Shown: positions 1 through 9,343, counted from the stretch's first letter. The stretch: DNA of 64,000 nucleotides from Patescibacteria group bacterium (GCA_038064675.1 JBBTSM010000003.1:191212-255211); one strand, 5' to 3'. The notes: generated by a model from the sequence alone, not told the origin. Program-made: numbers and translations.

Positions 1-23
1 AACCAGCGAAGAATGAGTTTCAT
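1..23 (-). CDS. 5' end of a gene running off the window (MKLILRW...), possibly a YvlD/phage-holin-family membrane protein
   Basis: ATG at 23 just downstream of xseB; only 7 codons visible. Confidence 0.3.
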
Positions 24-50
24 AAGGGAAGGTTAAAGCGGTTAAGATGG

Positions 51-281
51 TTAATCGGCTTCGCCTTGGTTAAGGCTGCCGTCAAGATCGGCGAATTTCT
101 TTTTGAGCGTCACGACCGTGTTTTCCACGTCGGCAAGCTTCTCCTTGAGCATCTTTGCCAGCTCAAGCCCACGCTCAAACTTCTTCACGCCCTCATCAAG
201 ATCCACGTTCTGCGTCTCGAACCACTCGGTAATGGATTCGAGCTCCTGAAACGCATCGGCGAACGATATTTTTTTCGACAT
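51..281 (-). CDS. xseB: Exodeoxyribonuclease VII small subunit
   Basis: SFADAFQELESI...LDEGVKKFERGLEL pattern; follows xseA. Confidence 0.93.
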   Translation of the reverse strand: MSKKISFADAFQELESITEWFETQNVDLDEGVKKFERGLELAKMLKEKLADVENTVVTLKKKFADLDGSLNQGEAD

Positions 282-284
282 AGG

Positions 285-1562
285 CTACAATAGTGATTCT
301 TGAACGGCACTCATCTCTACTTGCGCACGGATCTCTCCCTCCCCTAATTGTATGGTGAGACGGTCTCCGGGAGCAACATCGCGTGACGATTTGAGAATTT
401 TCCCCGCAGATCGTACCAATGCGTAGCCACGTTTTAATACTTCGCGCGGATCAATACTCTTCAACACACGCTCAAGCTCCGTAATCGATCGTGAACGCTC
501 GCCGATAACCACCTTCATTCGACTGTCGATCGTCTGAACGCGGCGATCGATGTGTTCCACGGTAGCAATAAGGCTTAATCGGAATCGCTCAAATGCGTAG
601 CCGAATCGGCGCGTCACGTCGTTCATGGATTGGAGTAATCGCGCAAGCGAGCGGTCGAAGATACTCAATGCGCGGTCGATGGCGTGTGATCGATCATCGA
701 TTTCGTACTGCAATCGGTCACCAATACGATCAGCGCTCATCGCGACACTCACCGCAATCTCTCGCCGGTCTGGAACCACACGCTCTGCAGCATTGCTCGG
801 CGTTGAGGCGCGAACATCGGCAACAAAGTCGCACAATGATTCATCGCGTTCGTGGCCAACGCCCACCACCACCGGAACCGCACTCTGAAACACTGCACGA
901 ACAACAGCTTCGCTATTAAATGCGTGTAAATCCTCAAGACTCCCTCCCCCGCGAGTCAGAACGATCACTTCAGGTCGGTTCTCGATCGGAAGTGCATTGA
1001 GTTGTGCGAACGCGCCAAGAATTTCTTGCACCGCGTCTTTGCCCTGCACGGTCACGGGAACGTGCATTACCGTTACGCCGCTCCAACGGTTCCGAAGGAT
1101 TCGAAGAAAATCACCGTATGCTGCGGCTTCGCCAGACGTGATGAGTCCGATGCGCTCAGGGAACCGGGGAATTGATCGCTTACGTGCCACTTCGAACATC
1201 CCCTCCAGTCGAAGCTTCTCTTTCAGCGCGAGGTACGCCTTTTGCAGTGCGCCCTCACCGACCAGTTCAATGGCCGTCACGTTCAGCGTAAACTTTCCAA
1301 ATCGTTCAAACACTTTCGATGTTCCCGTTACGTGTACGCGCATACCGCTTTGCAGCGGGACATTCAACGCGAATACCGTCATGAAACACGAAATCTTTGC
1401 TTCCGCTTTTTCGTCCTTTAAATCAAAATTCACCCACTTCCCCTGGCTTACCTTAAACTCGACAACTTCACCTTCAATCACCATGCCCTCATGAGGGATG
1501 GTGCGAAGGGCGTGATTCACGAGCCCAAGATAATCAGAAACTGAAATGACAGCGGGAGCCAT
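285..1562 (-). CDS. xseA: Exodeoxyribonuclease VII large subunit
   Basis: N-terminal OB fold, RGGGSLEDLHAFN, GVGHERD, RASTPSNAAE motifs. Confidence 0.97.
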   Translation of the reverse strand: MAPAVISVSDYLGLVNHALRTIPHEGMVIEGEVVEFKVSQGKWVNFDLKDEKAEAKISCFMTVFALNVPLQSGMRVHVTGTSKVFERFGKFTLNVTAIELVGEGALQKAYLALKEKLRLEGMFEVARKRSIPRFPERIGLITSGEAAAYGDFLRILRNRWSGVTVMHVPVTVQGKDAVQEILGAFAQLNALPIENRPEVIVLTRGGGSLEDLHAFNSEAVVRAVFQSAVPVVVGVGHERDESLCDFVADVRASTPSNAAERVVPDRREIAVSVAMSADRIGDRLQYEIDDRSHAIDRALSIFDRSLARLLQSMNDVTRRFGYAFERFRLSLIATVEHIDRRVQTIDSRMKVVIGERSRSITELERVLKSIDPREVLKRGYALVRSAGKILKSSRDVAPGDRLTIQLGEGEIRAQVEMSAVQESLL

Positions 1563-1565
1563 AGG

Positions 1566-1919
1566 TTATGGCGTTGGTTCAGTATTCAAAATTTCTAACG
1601 CTTTCTTCGCAACCTCACCGATATCCTCTCCCCCATTTATGGGGGAGTTGGAGGGGGCTTCGGCGGGAGCCTGAACCGGCTCCGGCTCGGTTACTTTTCT
1701 CGCCTCTGCCTGCATCACTACAGGATTCTGTCTCAGAAGGGCATTAAAGCGCTGTGCGGGAGTCATCTCTGTTGAAAACATGGAGCCGCCGGTTGCACGC
1801 TCAAAGATGTACAGTCCAACGCAAACCAACATTACAAGACCAAACAAATATCCGTACCATGGCTTCCATGGCTTCGGCGCTCCTTCCAACGGATTCTTGA
1901 GCAATCGATTCATGATCAT
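1566..1919 (-). CDS. Hypothetical single-pass membrane protein
   Basis: 117 aa, one hydrophobic helix, abuts the xseA start. Confidence 0.65.
   Translation of the reverse strand: MIMNRLLKNPLEGAPKPWKPWYGYLFGLVMLVCVGLYIFERATGGSMFSTEMTPAQRFNALLRQNPVVMQAEARKVTEPEPVQAPAEAPSNSPINGGEDIGEVAKKALEILNTEPTP
1627..1658. repeat. Short palindromic repeat (CTCCCCC-ATTTAT-GGGGGAG...GAGGGGG) inside a CDS
   Basis: Near-identical to the reverse complement of 48289-48323. Confidence 0.75.
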
Positions 1920-1927
1920 AGGACTTT

Positions 1928-2052
1928 GAGAACTTTCTAATTTTAGGCTAGTTTCGATGAACGACGAGCAAAGTTTTCGAGATGTACTTCTCGGTACATC
2001 GAGAAAATTTGCGATGGCGTGAGTCGAAAATAGACAAAATTAGGAAGTTCTC
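1928..2052 (+). repeat. Family A ~125-bp rod-like hairpin element, copy 1
   Basis: Imperfect palindrome gagaactttctaatttt...tttcgatga...GTACTTCTCGGTAC...gagtcgaaaa...aaaattaggaagttctc. Confidence 0.9.
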
Positions 2053-3428
2053 TGCTTTGCCCACTGACGAACCACCCATGTCGCGCGTACGTCGTCTTCA
2101 TTGTAGCGCAACACGTCGTTGAGCATCTCGCGATTTCCGGTACGCAACCAGTCCTCGTACCACAATACCGAGTTCAATCCAGACGCGTCGTCGTGCCGCC
2201 AACGAAAGCCGAGGAACTGCGCGATGTCTTTCAATGAATAAAACGACAACGGGAAAATCACCGCCTCGCGCAAACGCTCGAGAACATCCACCGATCGCTC
2301 TGCAAGGTCGTCAACAAATCCTTCTGGCGCGCCGTGACGCTCCGCCATCAGCCGAAATACGTCTTGTTCGTACCATCCATAGTGATACACCGGAATACCC
2401 GGGCGCGACTCCATGAATGCCACGAATGCATCCCACGCCGCCTTTTCCTCGTCCTGCTTTTCTGCAAGGAACGTGTGGAATTCATCGCCTTGGCCGTGCA
2501 CATCGAGCACACCAAAAAGGTAGTGCAAATCACGAAGCGGATCAGCCTCGATATCAACGACGAGTGCGTCGTCAGTTTTTGGGAAGTCGACTTTTCCGAG
2601 GACGACCGGTTTGCCGTCGAGCAGTGCCTTCGCGCCGAGAATGAGGAATTGCAGACGTTCTTGTGTAACACCAGGAACACTGCGAGCAAGGAGATCCGCG
2701 TTCCGCGTTGAGAGCTGTGTAACCGTGGTGATTCCTGCATCGTTCAACGCCGTCACCTCGCTGCGCCAAATGCGGTTCATGCGCGACAAATGATCATTCG
2801 CAATTGTTTCCTTTTTGCATTCATCGAACCACGGGGATTGTTTGCAATCTGATGTGAGGAAATGTGGTTCGCGAATACCTTCGAGAATGCGTTCAATGCC
2901 ATCGAGGGTGAGGCGGAATTTCGTTTGATACTCCTCGAGGACGTAGGCCTCGACGGTTCCATCGGGCCGCATGATGTATCCCTGTTTTGGCTTCATGCCC
3001 TGAATGCCGCGAAGCACCTCGGCGTAAAACGCGCCCTGCACACAGTATTCATCTTTCAAATGACGAGAACGCTTAATGTCGCAGGCAACGTAGTAGTACT
3101 CTCCAAAAGTCGATTTCCCAGAAACGCGTTCGAAAAGATCGGGTTTTGCAACCCAGTGTCCGTGAATAAGCACGCCACCATAAATCGACTGCGCACCCTG
3201 CTTCATGAGCTCAAGCGTTTTCGCGCACGCCTCCTCTTCCGATTCCGCTGAAACTTCAATGGATTTTCGGGTCACCAAAATTGCGCGCTCTTGCTCCTGG
3301 ATCAAGGCGTCGTCTTGCACTCGCGCTCGCATTGCGTCTTCTCGGTGCGGCAATGTTGCGTCGTACCAAATCCACGACGGACACTTGAGATAACGATAAA
3401 AGCTTTGCTTGGTGATGCGTTTGGACAT
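2040..3428 (-). CDS. TM0106-family RecB-like nuclease with C-terminal RNase H-like domain
   Basis: KPDLF...DIK PD-(D/E)xK motif; DIE, YSLKDIA and YNEDDVRAT motifs. Confidence 0.85.
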   Translation of the reverse strand: MSKRITKQSFYRYLKCPSWIWYDATLPHREDAMRARVQDDALIQEQERAILVTRKSIEVSAESEEEACAKTLELMKQGAQSIYGGVLIHGHWVAKPDLFERVSGKSTFGEYYYVACDIKRSRHLKDEYCVQGAFYAEVLRGIQGMKPKQGYIMRPDGTVEAYVLEEYQTKFRLTLDGIERILEGIREPHFLTSDCKQSPWFDECKKETIANDHLSRMNRIWRSEVTALNDAGITTVTQLSTRNADLLARSVPGVTQERLQFLILGAKALLDGKPVVLGKVDFPKTDDALVVDIEADPLRDLHYLFGVLDVHGQGDEFHTFLAEKQDEEKAAWDAFVAFMESRPGIPVYHYGWYEQDVFRLMAERHGAPEGFVDDLAERSVDVLERLREAVIFPLSFYSLKDIAQFLGFRWRHDDASGLNSVLWYEDWLRTGNREMLNDVLRYNEDDVRATWVVRQWAKQRTS

Positions 3429-3445
3429 GAGGGCAGTGTACAGGA

Positions 3446-3673
3446 CTACGCCTTGAAGGTGAATAAATCTTCGATTTTCACCCGCAAATACGCCGCGAGC
3501 CGAAATGCGGTGAACAATGAGGGTTGCGCAGTGCCCTTTTCAATAGCGGCAAGCGCCTGACGACCAATGCCGATTTCTTTTGCAAGATCGGTCTGCGAGA
3601 TCGGAATGAGAATACGATACGAATACACGCGGGAAATGAATTTGATTTTCTTTTGAGAAGATGGGGCGTGCAT
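3446..3673 (-). CDS. XRE/Cro-type helix-turn-helix regulator
   Basis: SQTDLAKEIGIGRQALAAIEKG...PSL..AFRLA...IEDLF. Confidence 0.85.
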   Translation of the reverse strand: MHAPSSQKKIKFISRVYSYRILIPISQTDLAKEIGIGRQALAAIEKGTAQPSLFTAFRLAAYLRVKIEDLFTFKA

Positions 3674-3786
3674 AGAAGCGATCTGAACCTGATCCTTTAA
3701 AGGGTTGTGAGGGGCTTATGCTGACATGTGCATCATCGGCGATCCCCATATTCCGACCTGAGGTGCCTCGATTTTCGATTTCGCCG

Positions 3787-3920
3787 ATGTCGTGTTGACA
3801 CAACATTTCATTCGCGAAAACGCCAATGATTTTCACAATCAGATGTCGTGTCGACACGACATCTACAATATCACAAAACACACACGCCAAGATCGCCGAT
3901 CGTGTCGTGTCACACCCATC
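3787..3920. promoter_or_regulatory. Three operator-like palindromes, consensus ATGTCGTGTYGACACRACAT
   Basis: 3787-3806 (2 mismatches), 3841-3864 (perfect 24-bp palindrome), degenerate copy ~3902-3920; upstream of the XRE gene. Confidence 0.6.
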
Positions 3921-3956
3921 CTGCTCACACCCCATCCCTCCCAACCTATTCCAAGG

Positions 3957-4490
3957 TCAGTTCGAACGCGCCTTATCTCTCTCTTCCGCCCCCAGCGTCA
4001 TTGCACTATTCAATATCATCGCCACAGAGACCGATGATCCCGGTTTCCGTACAATCGTAGACCAGGATGGCTGTCCACCGTCAGCGCCGTTCACCATAAG
4101 CGATTCATTCCAGTCAAGAACATGTTCAACGCCCTTCGGAAAAAGCGCCTCCAAAAATTCTCGTGATCTTCCAATGCCGCGAATATCATGTTTATCCTCA
4201 GAGCGATGAAAGAGAGAGTACATTCCACCGGGTTTCAATTTGGTAAATGCAGCCGCAATAAATGCTCGTTTCGCGTCGTCGTCCAAGGATTCCAACGACC
4301 CGTGGTCTGCAATCGCCGCAAGCGATTCATTCGCAATGAGCTCAAAGTCCGTCGCGGAATATGCATCTAATATCTTTCCTTCTTCTTTTGCTGCCTGAAG
4401 AAGTGTCTCGAGCGTCGAATGCTGCTGCGGAGCTCGCTCCTTACTTGAGGTGTTCTCAAAACTCTCCGTTCCAAATACTGGATCATTCAT
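3957..4490 (-). CDS. Hypothetical protein, possible class I SAM-methyltransferase remnant
   Basis: AFIAAAFTKLKPGG resembles the MTase LKPGG motif; no GxGxG seen. Confidence 0.55.
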   Translation of the reverse strand: MNDPVFGTESFENTSSKERAPQQHSTLETLLQAAKEEGKILDAYSATDFELIANESLAAIADHGSLESLDDDAKRAFIAAAFTKLKPGGMYSLFHRSEDKHDIRGIGRSREFLEALFPKGVEHVLDWNESLMVNGADGGQPSWSTIVRKPGSSVSVAMILNSAMTLGAEERDKARSN

Positions 4491-4512
4491 ATGTCGCTAC
4501 TGTATCACAACA

Positions 4513-4537
4513 AAACACGAGGCGAACCTCGTGTTTT
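4513..4537. terminator. Bidirectional intrinsic terminator
   Basis: aaaacacgagg-cgaa-cctcgtgtttt. Confidence 0.7.
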
Positions 4538-4609
4538 GGATATCTTTTATTGCGCGTCTTCAACCATCACTTTTGTTACGATTTGATTTTCCACTGGCCA
4601 ATCGTGCGA

Positions 4610-5071
4610 TTACAAAATTCCCGCAGCACGAACACAGTCAAAATCTTTTTGTACAACCGAGTGCAATGGCGATGGCAATGTATCAAGGGTAAACCAGCCA
4701 ATCTCATCAATCTTGTGCGGTTCACCATTTTTTACCTCGGAAGGATCGACGCGAACGGCGAATGTGAGTGCAACCCAGTGCGTTGGAGTTCCATCGTTGT
4801 CTCTCAAAACATTATGCGTCCCGCACAACGTCACGTCTTTCGCTATTGCGCAGTACTCTTCGAAGACTTCCCGACGAACAGTCTCCTCAAAATTCTCGCC
4901 AAATTCGAGCGCGCCTCCCCCGCAATCCCACCGTCCGTGTTCATCTCGCGCGTTCGTGCTTCGCTTTTGCAGAACAAACTTTCCATCACCATCATGACAT
5001 ACAAAACTACACGCAACGCCAATGCAATCCACGCCACGCTTTAGCCCTATTTTTGTTGCGTCGTCGGTCAT
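4610..5071 (-). CDS. NUDIX hydrolase
   Basis: GGALEFGENFEETVRREVFEE Nudix box. Confidence 0.92.
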   Translation of the reverse strand: MTDDATKIGLKRGVDCIGVACSFVCHDGDGKFVLQKRSTNARDEHGRWDCGGGALEFGENFEETVRREVFEEYCAIAKDVTLCGTHNVLRDNDGTPTHWVALTFAVRVDPSEVKNGEPHKIDEIGWFTLDTLPSPLHSVVQKDFDCVRAAGIL

Positions 5072-5122
5072 ATGCGACGATACTATCACAAAGGCGAGGC
5101 ACAGTGGCCTCGCCTTTGCTGT

Positions 5123-5758
5123 TTATTGAATGTCCTCAACCGTCACCTTCGTCATCACTTGGTTCTCTACTGGCCGATCGTGCGCACCGGTTTTGGTTGC
5201 AGCGATTGCGTCTACCACATCCATGCCCGATGTCACTTCCCCAAAAATGCTGTACGCATGTGGCAGCGGAACGTCTTTGTGCATAATAAAGAACTGGCTG
5301 CCATTCGTATTTGGCCCGGCATTTGCCATTGCCACTGTTCCGCGAGTGTAGGTATGGGTATCAGCGAGTTCGTCCGAGAATTTGTATCCCGGGCCACCAG
5401 AACCTGTTCCCGTTGGATCACCGCCTTGAATCATGAAATCGCTAATCACGCGATGAAAAATCAATCCGTCGTAATAACCGTTGCTCGCCAAATACACAAA
5501 GTTCGAAACGGTCTTTGGCGCAGTATCGTCGTACAATTTGAACACGATATCGCCCTGTGCTGTCGTGAGGCGAATCTGCTTATTGTGAATCTGCTCTGCA
5601 GGAAGCACGCCTGGGAATGACCATGTTTTCGTTTCCACAACGGGGGTAGGTGATGAAGAGTCTTGTACCACAGGAGTTGTACCCGATGGAGCCGACGTTG
5701 TGCAACCCGCGCCTAAGAGCCACAAAAACCCAGCGGTGATGATCAAAGAATGTTTCAC
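5123..5758 (-). CDS. Cyclophilin-type peptidyl-prolyl isomerase, lipoprotein
   Basis: FHRVISDFMIQGGDP, AMANAGPNTNGSQFFI; LGAGC lipobox. Confidence 0.95.
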   Translation of the reverse strand: MKHSLIITAGFLWLLGAGCTTSAPSGTTPVVQDSSSPTPVVETKTWSFPGVLPAEQIHNKQIRLTTAQGDIVFKLYDDTAPKTVSNFVYLASNGYYDGLIFHRVISDFMIQGGDPTGTGSGGPGYKFSDELADTHTYTRGTVAMANAGPNTNGSQFFIMHKDVPLPHAYSIFGEVTSGMDVVDAIAATKTGAHDRPVENQVMTKVTVEDIQ

Positions 5759-5762
5759 AGAA

Positions 5763-6032
5763 TTACTTTAATTGCGACGTGAGTGTTTGCACCTTCGCTT
5801 GCTGAATGCGAAGCGCGTACACCGACGTGAAGAGTACTGCAGAAAGCGAAAAGACCAAAACAAGCAAAAGCGCCATCAGTTCCATGCTTCCTGCTGGAAG
5901 TGCGTGGCAGCTTTGGCACAAATTATGATGACGAGCTGGCGCAACCACCGGAACAACGTGCGATGCCGACGAGAACGATCGCGCACGACGAGGTGCTGCA
6001 GCTGGTTTTTTTGATGAGGCGCGTGTTGCCAT
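5763..6032 (-). CDS. Small membrane protein
   Basis: 89 aa with CxxC and one TM helix; in operon context. Confidence 0.6.
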   Translation of the reverse strand: MATRASSKKPAAAPRRARSFSSASHVVPVVAPARHHNLCQSCHALPAGSMELMALLLVLVFSLSAVLFTSVYALRIQQAKVQTLTSQLK

Positions 6033-6065
6033 AAGAAAAAGTTGATGATGGATGCCAAAAGTATA

Positions 6066-6818
6066 TCACTCCCTCGCGCGAAGTTCTTCCCCAGTCGCGC
6101 ATCCCGTTCCGTCTGCCGACACCACCCATTCACCAACCAACGTAAACTCTACGAGAGTATCCACATCATCAACAGGGACAAATAGCGTTCTTACCGAGGA
6201 TGAAAATTCACTGTGATCCCCGGCACCAATGTTCCCACCGCATCCACCATACTCTCCAAAACCTTCCAATCGGACCGGAACACCATCAGGCAATGTATAT
6301 GCAAGCGAAATACCATATCCCCGCGTACTGTTCGGTGCCCTCACCCGAAGAAGAGTGCCAAACGTCGAGAGCATGATCGGTGCAGAAATCTTTGGCGTAA
6401 TACCTAAAGCAAAGTCACCAAGCGTCGACACACGCACAGCTAAAACATCGTCAGTATCCGCGACCACGTCGTACAATCGTTCCCACATGCCAAGCGACAC
6501 ATCAAACCAATACACCGCCGTTGCGTCCAGAGTTCCTGCAGTTGCCGAGCGCTCAAAGGAAAGAATAATCGGCGCATCATGCTGCACGTTGGTTGGCGCA
6601 ACGTGATACACATGGCTCACGAGCGGTATTGCAACCGTCGCCGTATTGTCGACCACCACCGAAAAATCATTCGCGGTTCGCGAAAGCCCAGTAATCGTTA
6701 CCACGCCGTCATCGCTCTTCACCTCTCGTGCTTCCGGCTCCTTTGCCACAATAAACCACACCGTCATTCCCAAAACGATCACTGCAAAAATTCCAAAAAT
6801 TCCTCGAATCGATTTCAT
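6066..6818 (-). CDS. Hypothetical exported/membrane-anchored protein
   Basis: Start re-set to MKSIRG at 6818; N-terminal TM helix. Confidence 0.7.
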   Translation of the reverse strand: MKSIRGIFGIFAVIVLGMTVWFIVAKEPEAREVKSDDGVVTITGLSRTANDFSVVVDNTATVAIPLVSHVYHVAPTNVQHDAPIILSFERSATAGTLDATAVYWFDVSLGMWERLYDVVADTDDVLAVRVSTLGDFALGITPKISAPIMLSTFGTLLRVRAPNSTRGYGISLAYTLPDGVPVRLEGFGEYGGCGGNIGAGDHSEFSSSVRTLFVPVDDVDTLVEFTLVGEWVVSADGTGCATGEELRARE

Positions 6819-6825
6819 GACGTCA

Positions 6826-7860
6826 TTATACAACGTCTTCCCACGGCAAACCGGTTCTGCCGAACATGCCATACGTGGAACACGATGCGTAGATTGGTTT
6901 TCGAAGCTGCAGGCGCTCGACGATGGCTTCTGGACGGAAATCAAAACGCTTCTTTACTTCATCGGTAAGATCGTCGCCGCTGCCCGATCGCGCCGAGAGT
7001 ACCAATGGCTCCGCGATGCCGAGCGCGTACATCGCCGTAATCAACACATTCGATGCGATACCCTCTGTCACCAACGTCTTTGCCGCAAAGCGCGCCATGT
7101 AGGTTCCGGAACGTCCTGGTTTCAACGGATCTTTTCCCGCAAGTCCCATGCCGCCATGTGGCAACAATCCGCCATAAGAATCGGCGAGAACCTTTCGCCC
7201 AGACACGCCAGCGTTCGCACCGAACCCACCTTTGGTAAACGATCCACCAGAGTTCACCAAAATCTTCACGTCATCCATCGACGGCAACGATGGCACGATA
7301 GCTTCTTCGACGATCTGCGACTGCACAATCGACAATTCCATCGTTGGGTCGTGCTCAACAATCACGGTGACGGCGCGAACGCGATCACCGTCGGTAGCGA
7401 GTTGTACTTTTCCGTCTGGTCGCAACCACGAAAACCGCGGATCGCTTTGGCGCAGCATATCAATGCGACGGGCAATCACATTGGCATACACCACACTTCG
7501 CGGCAACATCTCTCGCGTTTCTTTCGTTGCGTATCCATGAACAATCGCCGTGCCCTGCGCGCCACCACGCACCATCGTTCGCGCAGAATCTTCTGTTGGC
7601 TTATCGAGGTTCACGAAAAGCTCAATTGCATCGGTGTATCCCGCGGCCGCGTACACTGCTTTCCCAACCGCAGCAGCATCAAAATCTGCGCGCGAATCCA
7701 CCACACCGCCAAGCATCACCATGCCGTTGCTTCCCAACGCCTGTACATCCATCCGCGTTAACGGATCACGACGCAAATACTCATCGAGGACGGACTCGAC
7801 GATCTGATCGCACACTTTATCTGGATGTCCGGCAAGAGGTGCTTCGACGACTTTGAGCAT
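6826..7860 (-). CDS. metK: Divergent S-adenosylmethionine synthetase-like protein
   Basis: GHPDKVCDQI, RPDGKVQ, GRK..DSYGG...HGG...GKDP.K; start re-set to MLKVV at 7860. Confidence 0.8.
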   Translation of the reverse strand: MLKVVEAPLAGHPDKVCDQIVESVLDEYLRRDPLTRMDVQALGSNGMVMLGGVVDSRADFDAAAVGKAVYAAAGYTDAIELFVNLDKPTEDSARTMVRGGAQGTAIVHGYATKETREMLPRSVVYANVIARRIDMLRQSDPRFSWLRPDGKVQLATDGDRVRAVTVIVEHDPTMELSIVQSQIVEEAIVPSLPSMDDVKILVNSGGSFTKGGFGANAGVSGRKVLADSYGGLLPHGGMGLAGKDPLKPGRSGTYMARFAAKTLVTEGIASNVLITAMYALGIAEPLVLSARSGSGDDLTDEVKKRFDFRPEAIVERLQLRKPIYASCSTYGMFGRTGLPWEDVV

Positions 7861-7910
7861 AAAAAGAGATACCAAGAGACTACCACAAAACGTTATCCAC
7901 ACCGAGAGCC

Positions 7911-7955
7911 TTGTGTTCGTCTTCTGTTCGGCTATGATACGAACATAACACGAAT
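7911..7955 (+). promoter_or_regulatory. lexA promoter with candidate LexA operator
   Basis: TTGTGT-N16-TATGAT overlapped by GTTCG repeats (7915, 7926) and CGAAC/CGAAT (7940, 7951). Confidence 0.65.
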
Positions 7956-7959
7956 GCCT

Positions 7960-8589
7960 ATGTCCATTCTTCCACCACTCACCAAGAAACAACGCGAAGT
8001 CCTCGACTGTATTGAAGGCTTTGTGAAGGACAACGGCTATACGCCATCCTATCGCGAAATCGCTGAACAGCTCGGCCTTTCGTCCCCAGCCACCATTCAC
8101 CAGCACATCAAAACGCTCTGCGAAAAAGGCATCATCAATACCGGCGACAGAGGAGAAGCGCGAAGTATCGAGCTCGTGGAGCCAGAACGCATGTCCCCTC
8201 TCGCCATTATGCTCCCATTGGCCGGGCTTATCACCGCCGGCGAACCCATCGAAGCTGTGGAGCAGAACGAGGCTATGGCCATTCCCGCAGACTTCGTGAT
8301 GGACCCAATGAACTCATACATTCTCAAAGTGAAAGGACGATCAATGATTGAAGATGGCATCTTCGACGGCGACTATGTGGTGGTTGAGCGAAATCCCTCA
8401 CCAAAGAATGGAGACATCGTGGTCGCGCTCCTTGATAACGCCTACGCTACACTCAAGCGCTTCTATCGCGAACGTGATCACATCCGTCTCCAACCCGCCA
8501 ACAGCACCATGCAACCAATCATCGTCAAAGGAGATTTAAACATTCAAGGAATTGTCCGAGCCGTGATGCGACGTTTTTCTACAATCTAA
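7960..8589 (+). CDS. lexA: SOS repressor LexA
   Basis: LTKKQREVL...PSYREIA HTH, Ala-Gly cleavage site (TAGEP), catalytic Ser (GRSM) and Lys (TLKR). Confidence 0.97.
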   Translation: MSILPPLTKKQREVLDCIEGFVKDNGYTPSYREIAEQLGLSSPATIHQHIKTLCEKGIINTGDRGEARSIELVEPERMSPLAIMLPLAGLITAGEPIEAVEQNEAMAIPADFVMDPMNSYILKVKGRSMIEDGIFDGDYVVVERNPSPKNGDIVVALLDNAYATLKRFYRERDHIRLQPANSTMQPIIVKGDLNIQGIVRAVMRRFSTI

Positions 8590-8607
8590 ACCTTCATCGA
8601 GCAATCT

Positions 8608-8769
8608 ATGAACTCTATCGCGATTCGTCACTACAATGTGACGGCTGCTTATTGCACCTCGCCTTTCAACACCAAGCGCCACGAAGTTGCAAAACAGATT
8701 CGTCAGTTCCTCAATCTTCGCCGATTCCGGAAGCATATTCGCTCATTCGCGCCATTACGTCTTGCGTAA
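8608..8769 (+). CDS. Unannotated 53-aa basic small ORF
   Basis: MNSIAIRH...FAPLRLA fills the gap between lexA and the next gene; TATG start context like core genes. Confidence 0.45.
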   Translation: MNSIAIRHYNVTAAYCTSPFNTKRHEVAKQIRQFLNLRRFRKHIRSFAPLRLA

Positions 8770-8774
8770 CACCT

Positions 8775-9026
8775 ATGCCTGTTCACGAACTCCTCAACGA
8801 ACCCGTCGATGTCCGTGTCGAGTTTGCGGGAAAGCGCGTTCGTCCAACGCACGTGCATTGGGGAAAGAAAACGTATGTCATGAAAAAGGTGAACCTCGTG
8901 CACGGCACAAACGAAGGCGAAAAACGCATCTATTACTTCTCTGTTTCCGACGACACATCGTTTATGAAACTTCGTTTAGACACTGGGGCTTTAGCGTGGA
9001 GCATTGTTGAATTTTATAGCGAATAA
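8775..9026 (+). CDS. Small beta-rich protein of the SOS cassette (DUF6504/YolD-like, tentative)
   Basis: 83 aa, RPTHVHWGKKTY...YYFSV...LRLDTGALAW; between lexA and dinB. Confidence 0.7.
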   Translation: MPVHELLNEPVDVRVEFAGKRVRPTHVHWGKKTYVMKKVNLVHGTNEGEKRIYYFSVSDDTSFMKLRLDTGALAWSIVEFYSE

Positions 9027-9028
9027 AT

Positions 9029-9199
9029 ATGAACACCCGTCGGAGGACCGGAAATCGTTTTACCTTTTCGCTCAGCGAAATTCTCTCGTCACACATCCAA
9101 AAAGCCCGCAAACACCGCGCCATCCTCAAACCGCGCACCCAAGCACGACGGTTTGAGAATAATCTTCGTCTACCGTTAGCGCTACTGAATCGGGAGTGA
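9029..9199 (+). CDS. Unannotated 56-aa basic small ORF
   Basis: MNTRRRTG...NNLRLPLALLNRE starts 2 nt after the preceding stop. Confidence 0.45.
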   Translation: MNTRRRTGNRFTFSLSEILSSHIQKARKHRAILKPRTQARRFENNLRLPLALLNRE

Positions 9200-9214
9200 C
9201 GCGAAGCGAACGAT

Positions 9215-9343
9215 TCAACGGGTGGCGCCGAGGGAGGCCCCCGTACGGAGCGCAACGAGCGCCGCACAAACTCGATGCTTACGCAAAGGGTTCACGTGCG
9301 AGCTGAGCACCGTAACGGGGTCCGAGGCGACAGGACCCGTTGA
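9215..9343 (+). repeat. Family B long hairpin element, copy 1
   Basis: tcaacgggt/acccgttga closing stem; shares TCAACGGGTGGCGCCGAGG with 54842. Confidence 0.75.

Noticed and set aside
1928-2052. Family A as integron attC, hammerhead ribozyme or SECIS
   Set aside because: No RYYYAAC/GTTRRRY ends, no CUGANGA/GAAA three-way junction, and no associated in-frame UGA selenoprotein
3787-3920. Mini CRISPR array (about 22-bp palindromes with about 35-bp spacers)
   Set aside because: Only three degenerate units, fully palindromic with no loop or tail, and no cas genes; operators fit better
7825-8106. Overlap between extended metK and lexA ORFs
   Set aside because: Homology starts at 7860 (metK) and 7960 (lexA); the gap holds the promoter and operator
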